A stretch of DNA of 64,000 nt from an uncultured Verrucomicrobiae bacterium (GTDB taxonomy: Bacteria > Verrucomicrobiota > Verrucomicrobiia > Opitutales > JABDGR01): NCBI GenBank assembly GCA_963765205.1, contig CAVXVB010000005.1, positions 448,001 through 512,000 on the forward strand. The letters are read 5' to 3'. Positions 58,924-64,000 of this stretch are shown here, piece after piece. Position numbers and translations under genes: made by a program. The stretch's first letter is position 1. Each line of letters opens with the position of its first letter. The notes beneath the pieces were generated by a model. That model was not told the DNA's origin. It worked only from the letters and a program-made list of their open reading frames with translations, and did no database searches.

Positions 58924-61479
58924 TCACCCAAAATCCAAACGCGGAGCGGAAACCTCATTTTCCAAATCCATTCGATAGCCCATTTGCCTATAGGCGCTGC
59001 ATCGGCGACGGAACATTGCCAATGTCACCGGGTGGTCGTCAAGGTAATCGTAGATTTGGACTTCGTGCTTATCAATATGCGGACGATGCAGACGACCGGC
59101 GTATTGAATCAGCCGGCCTTTGAACGAGAGCGGCATCGAGAGGATCAGCGTATCCAGCCGAGGAAGATCGTACCCTTCACCGATAAGCGAAGCGATGGCG
59201 AGAATCACAAACTTACCACCAGTCTCGAACCGGTGATCAATTTCTTCCCTCATCTTTTGCCGGAGTTTTTTGCCGGTACCACTTTCAAGTCGAAAGACCA
59301 CCACATCTGCGGAGCCAATGGCTATTGCGAGCGCTGCTTCGATCTTGGCAAGGTGGCCCTTCCGATCCGACAGCACCAGCGGGCACCGACCCGCATCAAG
59401 GGAAAGTTGGATGTCTGCCACGACTTGCTTTGTGCGGACAGGATCGTCCACGAGCGCCTGCCAGATGCGGTGAATGGGTTGTCGCGCACCATGATCTGCT
59501 GGGACAAGAAATGAACTTCTGCGCACATGCACGGTTTTCGACAGTGTTTCTTCGACTGAGGCGCTTGCCGTGTGGCGAATCGGTCCACATTGCAAATATA
59601 GCAATTTCTCAAGGCTGTCCTTCCGGACAGGGGTTGCCGTGAGCCCGACGATCTTTCGGACAGGACAAGCCTTGAGCAGCGCCTCGAAAGAAACGGCGGG
59701 CACATGGTGGCATTCATCAATGATCACCAAGCCATAACCCTGAAACAGCGCGGAGTAATTCTCCGCCCGTGTAAGGCTTGGCAACATGGCGATGTCGAGT
59801 TGGTGGGTGAGGCGCCTAGAGCGCCCACGCCAGACGCCGATTTCCTTGCGCTTGAGACCGAGCAAGTTTCCCGCTTCCTGACGCCATTGATCAAGGAGTA
59901 TGTTGCGGTGAACCAGCACCAGCGTAGAGGTGCGATGGCGGGCAATCAGCGCGCAGCCAATCACGGTCTTACCCGTCCCCGGCGGGGCACATAAAACGCC
60001 ATAATCATGCCCAACCATTTCTTTTACGGCAGCTTCCTGGTCCGGACGTAGCTCCCCGTGGAATTTCCAGCGCACACGCGCCCCATCAGAACGAGCGTCC
60101 AGAAGAGTGACATTTGCGCCAGCAGATTCTAGAATCGCGACGGCGGCATCTACCGTTCCGCGAGGAAGCACCAGCCGATCAGGATGCCATTCTCCCGCGA
60201 AAATAAACCGCGGCGTGTCGTAAGTCGGGAAACGCAACCGCAATTTCTCGTGAAAAACTGGATTTGCAAAAGTTGCGAGCCGCTTCAGTGCGGCCAGCAG
60301 GCCCGCGGGAATTGAGCGTGGAATATGCAGCTGCGCATCAAGGCGAACGGTGAGTTCGCCCGAAATGACGCCGCGCTCAATCGCGGGCCGAGACAAATCC
60401 AAGGCGCATTCATCGCTCTGCAAGGAGAAAGCCGAACTGGGTGAGTTCGTAATTGGGCCGAGTTGAATTAGCGGAGCGATGCGCGCCAAGATTTGATCCA
60501 GATCAGGCCGCGCCAAACGGTGGATAGCGGACAAAAACGACCATTGATCGGTGTGCGGTTTGAATTCGTCGTCTAAAAAAACAGTGTTCGCCATTTTGCG
60601 TGGCGCTTTGGCCAACGGCAGGGCGATGAGGTTGCCAAATCCTCCTTCTGGCATTGTGTCTTGGTTGGGGAAGAGCCGGTCGTAGGCCCCGAGGCTCATG
60701 GCGGGGTGTGTAGCTGACGCTTTCGCGAGCAGGATAGTGCCTAATCTCCGGGCCAGTGCCGCTGGAACTGGTTCGGCAAAAAAGATCCAAGCGTGAGCAC
60801 CATTGCCGGAACGCGAGCGTTCAATTGAGACTTCAACCCCGCACTTTCGGGCAGCATCCCGATAAGCGACAATATCGTTTCGCCAACCGTCCCCATCAAA
60901 ATCAGCCGCGATAAAAACACATGAATCGTTCTCCCGCAGGGCATAGACGCCAATGGTCTGATCCCCACGCAAGTGCGCCTCAATGGCGCGCTCATCGAGG
61001 GGAGGAAACCGTTGATGGCAACACTCCGCGCATTTTATCTGTGGCTTCCGGCAGATGCCCGGCTTCCACTCGTTGTCGCAGGCTGGCGAGTAACCCTTCT
61101 TCCCTGTCTTGGTGTTCTCCCAGAATTTCGGATAGACGGATTTCCTGGCACCAAACAAGTCAAGGAAGAGCGCAATTTTTTCACCGGGTCGCAATCCCGC
61201 AGTTCCACTCCGCTCGCGTTTCGTGAAATCCAGCTCCGATGCTGGCCGATTTTGCAACCGCTGTAACTCTTGTTCGGTGGCTCGTTTTTCAATTTCAAGT
61301 GCATCTACCCGCCGGCGCAGTTCCTCAATTTTGGACTCACGGCCCGTCTCCACACCGACAACGGGAGTGTCTTCGCCTAGGTGGCCGGCGCGCGGGTTCA
61401 TGGCAATCGGACTTATCTTCGTCGGCAACGCCTTATTCGCAAGCTTTTCGTGCGCTAGTTTGTCCGGCGTGTATTTCAC
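58924..61479 (-). CDS. Archaeo-eukaryotic primase-like (TOTE-type) domain fused to an SF2 DEAD/DEAH helicase
   Basis: GYSPACDNEW...C..C, HLRG..TIGVY, ADFD, ERSRSGNGAHAWIFF, GNLIALPL; helicase APPGTGKT, IIDECHH, GLTATP, GEGYD, QYAGRLHR. Start may be ATG 61401. Confidence 0.88.
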   Translation of the reverse strand: MKYTPDKLAHEKLANKALPTKISPIAMNPRAGHLGEDTPVVGVETGRESKIEELRRRVDALEIEKRATEQELQRLQNRPASELDFTKRERSGTAGLRPGEKIALFLDLFGARKSVYPKFWENTKTGKKGYSPACDNEWKPGICRKPQIKCAECCHQRFPPLDERAIEAHLRGDQTIGVYALRENDSCVFIAADFDGDGWRNDIVAYRDAARKCGVEVSIERSRSGNGAHAWIFFAEPVPAALARRLGTILLAKASATHPAMSLGAYDRLFPNQDTMPEGGFGNLIALPLAKAPRKMANTVFLDDEFKPHTDQWSFLSAIHRLARPDLDQILARIAPLIQLGPITNSPSSAFSLQSDECALDLSRPAIERGVISGELTVRLDAQLHIPRSIPAGLLAALKRLATFANPVFHEKLRLRFPTYDTPRFIFAGEWHPDRLVLPRGTVDAAVAILESAGANVTLLDARSDGARVRWKFHGELRPDQEAAVKEMVGHDYGVLCAPPGTGKTVIGCALIARHRTSTLVLVHRNILLDQWRQEAGNLLGLKRKEIGVWRGRSRRLTHQLDIAMLPSLTRAENYSALFQGYGLVIIDECHHVPAVSFEALLKACPVRKIVGLTATPVRKDSLEKLLYLQCGPIRHTASASVEETLSKTVHVRRSSFLVPADHGARQPIHRIWQALVDDPVRTKQVVADIQLSLDAGRCPLVLSDRKGHLAKIEAALAIAIGSADVVVFRLESGTGKKLRQKMREEIDHRFETGGKFVILAIASLIGEGYDLPRLDTLILSMPLSFKGRLIQYAGRLHRPHIDKHEVQIYDYLDDHPVTLAMFRRRCSAYRQMGYRMDLENEVSAPRLDFG

Positions 61480-61645
61480 CGCTTGAAATAATAGTGATAA
61501 TAAATAATATTAAAATATATAAAATCTATTATTAATAAATAGTAATCGTATTACAGCCGCTAATGGTATATGGATCGTCGCCTGAAAACTAAGGTGATTT
61601 CACTAACACATTATTCAACAAACGCTTATGAAACCTAAGCGCGGG

Positions 61646-61711
61646 CGTAGCCGGGCGGCTACTCCCGCTTTTTGCCACTTGCACTTAGTCATTGCATATA
61701 AACAAGTTGCG
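61646..61711 (+). repeat. Imperfect direct repeat, copy 2
   Basis: Matches 57616-57681. Confidence 0.7.
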
Positions 61712-61787
61712 GTAAATCGGCGATCCAAGCGAGCTTAATTCACCGACTATTTTCGCCCAAGTGGGAAAGGTAAGGCCCCAACCCCTT

Positions 61788-62093
61788 TCAGGCCCCCGAT
61801 TGCAAATAACTCTCAATGCGCTGATTCACAAAATGCAAATGCCGCAATGACAAATAAATAATGGTGGCAGTCACGCAAAATATGACCGTCAAATTGGCTG
61901 CGAAGCTAGTCATGCCAAATCCAAAATAATATCCGTAAACGGCTAGTAAAGGAATCGAAAGGCAAATGATGGTGATAAGAAACGCAATGTGACGCTTCCG
62001 AAACTGTGCATCTTGGCGGAATAACAGACTGTGGATGGCTTGCCTTTTGGCAAGGCGTTCGCGTTTCGTCCAGATGTAGGTTTGTAGTTTCAT
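61788..62093 (-). CDS. Small AT-rich two-TM hypothetical protein
   Basis: 101-aa ORF with two hydrophobic helices. Confidence 0.55.
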   Translation of the reverse strand: MKLQTYIWTKRERLAKRQAIHSLLFRQDAQFRKRHIAFLITIICLSIPLLAVYGYYFGFGMTSFAANLTVIFCVTATIIYLSLRHLHFVNQRIESYLQSGA

Positions 62094-62276
62094 ATTGCCG
62101 GGGTCGGGAGACGGGGGTTAAGCATTCTCGCTCCCAAATCTCAAACTGACTTATCACCTTAAAAACAGCACTTGGCAAATCTGAAAGCGCAATTTATTAT
62201 AAGCACAGTCGTTGCAATCCGAACGATATTTTTATAAATACATAAACAAAAAACACTTAAGAAACACCAGCGTGGG

Positions 62277-62350
62277 CGTAATCGGGTGCTTTAGTCCGCG
62301 CTTTAAGCGCTACGAACGCCTCCGAGCGCGGGCTAAAGCACCGCGCTACG
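62277..62350. repeat. REP-like (GTAG-type) doublet
   Basis: cgtaatcgggtgctttagtccgcg ... cgcgggctaaagcaccgcgctacg inverted pair. Confidence 0.6.
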
Positions 62351-62570
62351 GACAACTGGCCAAATTGATTCATGGGTTAAAACAGAACCTAGTCGGGGCA
62401 TCTATTCGTGGCCATGATGCCGCTCCTCATCCAGACTCCCAGCTCCCGGCTCGGAGCCTGGGTTGTTTTTCCCGAGGGCCGGACACTGCCAGCCGCTGGG
62501 TCGTCGTCCCATCCGTCCTATCTACCGCATTCCTCCCATCCCTTGCCCAATGGAATTGCGCAAAATCGCC

Positions 62571-62993
62571 TTATCCGAAAACTTCATCCGCCCGGAAAAA
62601 GCGCTGGATTTCCGCCGCCGCCGCCGCCGGGCTGTCCGACGCATGGCAAATATTCGCCATCTTGTCCGTGCCGAAATCGCCGCGGATGGTGCCCTTGGGC
62701 GCTTTGGCCGAGTCCGTCGGCCCCAGCAATTCGCGCACCCGGTCCACCGCCCGGTCGCCCCGCAGGATGAGCACGATCACGGGACGCGAGCCCATGAACT
62801 GCTCAATTTCCGGAAAGAAGGGCAATTTGACCAAGTGGGCGTAATGTTCGCGCAAAAGCGGGGTCGTCAAGCGCATCATTTTGCCGCCGACGATTTCAAA
62901 GCCCGCGCGCTCAAAGCGCTCGAGCACGGCCCCCGCGGCGTGTTGGTTCAGGCAGTCGGGTTTGAGGATGACCAGGGTTTTTTCAGCAGACAT
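62571..62993 (-). CDS. ndk: Nucleoside diphosphate kinase
   Basis: TLVILKPD, HY.HL..PFF, GPTD..KAPKGTIRGDFG, NICHASDS. Confidence 0.97.
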   Translation of the reverse strand: MSAEKTLVILKPDCLNQHAAGAVLERFERAGFEIVGGKMMRLTTPLLREHYAHLVKLPFFPEIEQFMGSRPVIVLILRGDRAVDRVRELLGPTDSAKAPKGTIRGDFGTDKMANICHASDSPAAAAAEIQRFFRADEVFG

Positions 62994-63177
62994 GGGTTCG
63001 TGGCGGATGGGTGGATAAGGTTATCGAAAGCTCGGCTCAACATGGCCGGAGGGTGCGCCCGCGGCCCGCGGGAAAGTCACAAAACATCCAAAATGACAGC
63101 CTAACGGCGCATTTCAAGCCTCTTTACGCGCTTGACCTTTTGCCCGTCACCCTATTGATACAAACCTTTTACCCCGC

Positions 63178-63732
63178 ATGAACCTCACCAAGCTAACCAC
63201 GCTCACCCTGATCCCCCTAACCCTCGCGCTGTCCACGGGCTGCACGCTTCTGAAAAAGAAGAGCGCACCCGCGCCTGCTCCCGCCGACGCGACCGCTGCC
63301 GCCACGCCCGTCAAGGCACCCAAAGCCCCCGTGTGGCAGGATGTCGTCATTCGTTCCGTTCCGTCGGGCGCGACGGTCGTGATTGACGGCCAGGAAGTCG
63401 GCGTCACCCCGCTCAGGGCCTCGCTTGATCTCGCCCAGAGTTACGACCTCGAACTCAAGCTTTCCGGCTACCTGCTTAGCATGCAATCCCTGCATGCGGT
63501 TGCTTCCGGCGGCAGCGGCGTTTCCCTTGGCAAGTCCGGCCTGGCCGGGTATCACCCGCCCGCCTTTCCCCGCCAGGTGCGCATTCCCCTGGTCTTGAAC
63601 AAGGACTCCTTCAAGGCGCTCGAAAACGCCATCGCCACGCTCGACAACCAGCTCAAACGGCAGAAAATCACCGCCGCAGCCTACCAGCAAAAAGTCACCG
63701 AAGTTACTCGCTTCTACAGCCAGGGCAAGTAA
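63178..63732 (+). CDS. PEGA-domain lipoprotein
   Basis: Lipobox [25 protein letters not shown]...LSGY. Confidence 0.82.
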   Translation: MNLTKLTTLTLIPLTLALSTGCTLLKKKSAPAPAPADATAAATPVKAPKAPVWQDVVIRSVPSGATVVIDGQEVGVTPLRASLDLAQSYDLELKLSGYLLSMQSLHAVASGGSGVSLGKSGLAGYHPPAFPRQVRIPLVLNKDSFKALENAIATLDNQLKRQKITAAAYQQKVTEVTRFYSQGK

Positions 63733-63743
63733 CGTTGGGGGTG

Positions 63744-64000
63744 ATGACCGCCGCTCCCTCGCGCACGCCCCTCCACGGCTGGCACGCCCGGCATGGCGCA
63801 CGCTTCGTGCCCTTCTCCGGGTGGGAAATGCCCGTGCAATACACCGGCATCCTCGAGGAACACCGCGCCACGCGCCAGGCGGCGGGCCTCTTCAACGTCT
63901 CCCACATGGGCGAGGCCCTGGTCTCCGGCCCTCAAGCCGCCGCCTTCCTCGACCACGTCGCCACCAACCGCCTTGGCGATCTGGCGGTCGGGCGGGCCCG
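63744..64000 (+). CDS. gcvT: Glycine cleavage system T protein (5' partial)
   Basis: Manual translation [57 protein letters not shown]. Confidence 0.92.
   Translation, partial: MTAAPSRTPLHGWHARHGARFVPFSGWEMPVQYTGILEEHRATRQAAGLFNVSHMGEALVSGPQAAAFLDHVATNRLGDLAVGRA

Larger units (their letters stand above)
57587..62392. mobile_element. Putative ~4.8 kb cargo island with CTAG-flanked inverted ends
   Basis: Left end CTAGGTTGTGTTCTAAAATTGGC...CCGTAGCGCGG; right end (reverse complement) CTAGGTTCTGTTTTAA...AATTTGGC...CCGTAGCGCGG; lower GC inside; no transposase or integrase gene. Confidence 0.5.

Noticed and set aside
57590..62400. Integron with attC cassettes, or a prophage
   Set aside because: No intI, no convincing RYYYAAC...GTTRRRY attC folds and no phage structural genes.

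Overview
A GC-rich bacterial chromosomal window. Gene content points to Verrucomicrobiota, probably Opitutia: an Amuc_1098-1102-like pilus cluster, a membrane-tethered ECF sigma factor, WxxxDPxAA repeat proteins and heptameric intergenic repeats. The backbone carries cytochrome c oxidase subunits I/II, tRNA-His, dedA, mutS, sufT, a hexuronate/xylose operon (kdgK-SDR-uxaC-xylA-xylB-FAD oxidase), an NtrC regulator, galE, infC, an amidase, metX, SRP RNA, lysS, lolCE/lolD, a type IV pilus/T2SS-like cluster, ndk and the 5' end of gcvT. Three candidates stand out. (1) A Cyc2-type cytochrome-porin and a blue-copper protein are transcribed divergently from a caa3-type oxidase, which resembles an Fe(II)-oxidation / extracellular-electron-uptake chain. 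(2) An ECF sigma factor is fused through a transmembrane helix to a GspG pseudopilin head domain, next to a site-2 protease. (3) A ~4.8 kb lower-GC island begins at the secretin stop codon, is bounded by CTAG-flanked inverted ends, and carries a DUF3800 gene with a three-way-junction RNA over its stop codon plus an AEP-primase/SF2-helicase fusion. There are also several AT-rich single-gene inserts, three VapBC pairs and one doubly inactivated HigBA-type pair. All calls come from reading the sequence and recognising motifs; no searches were run.
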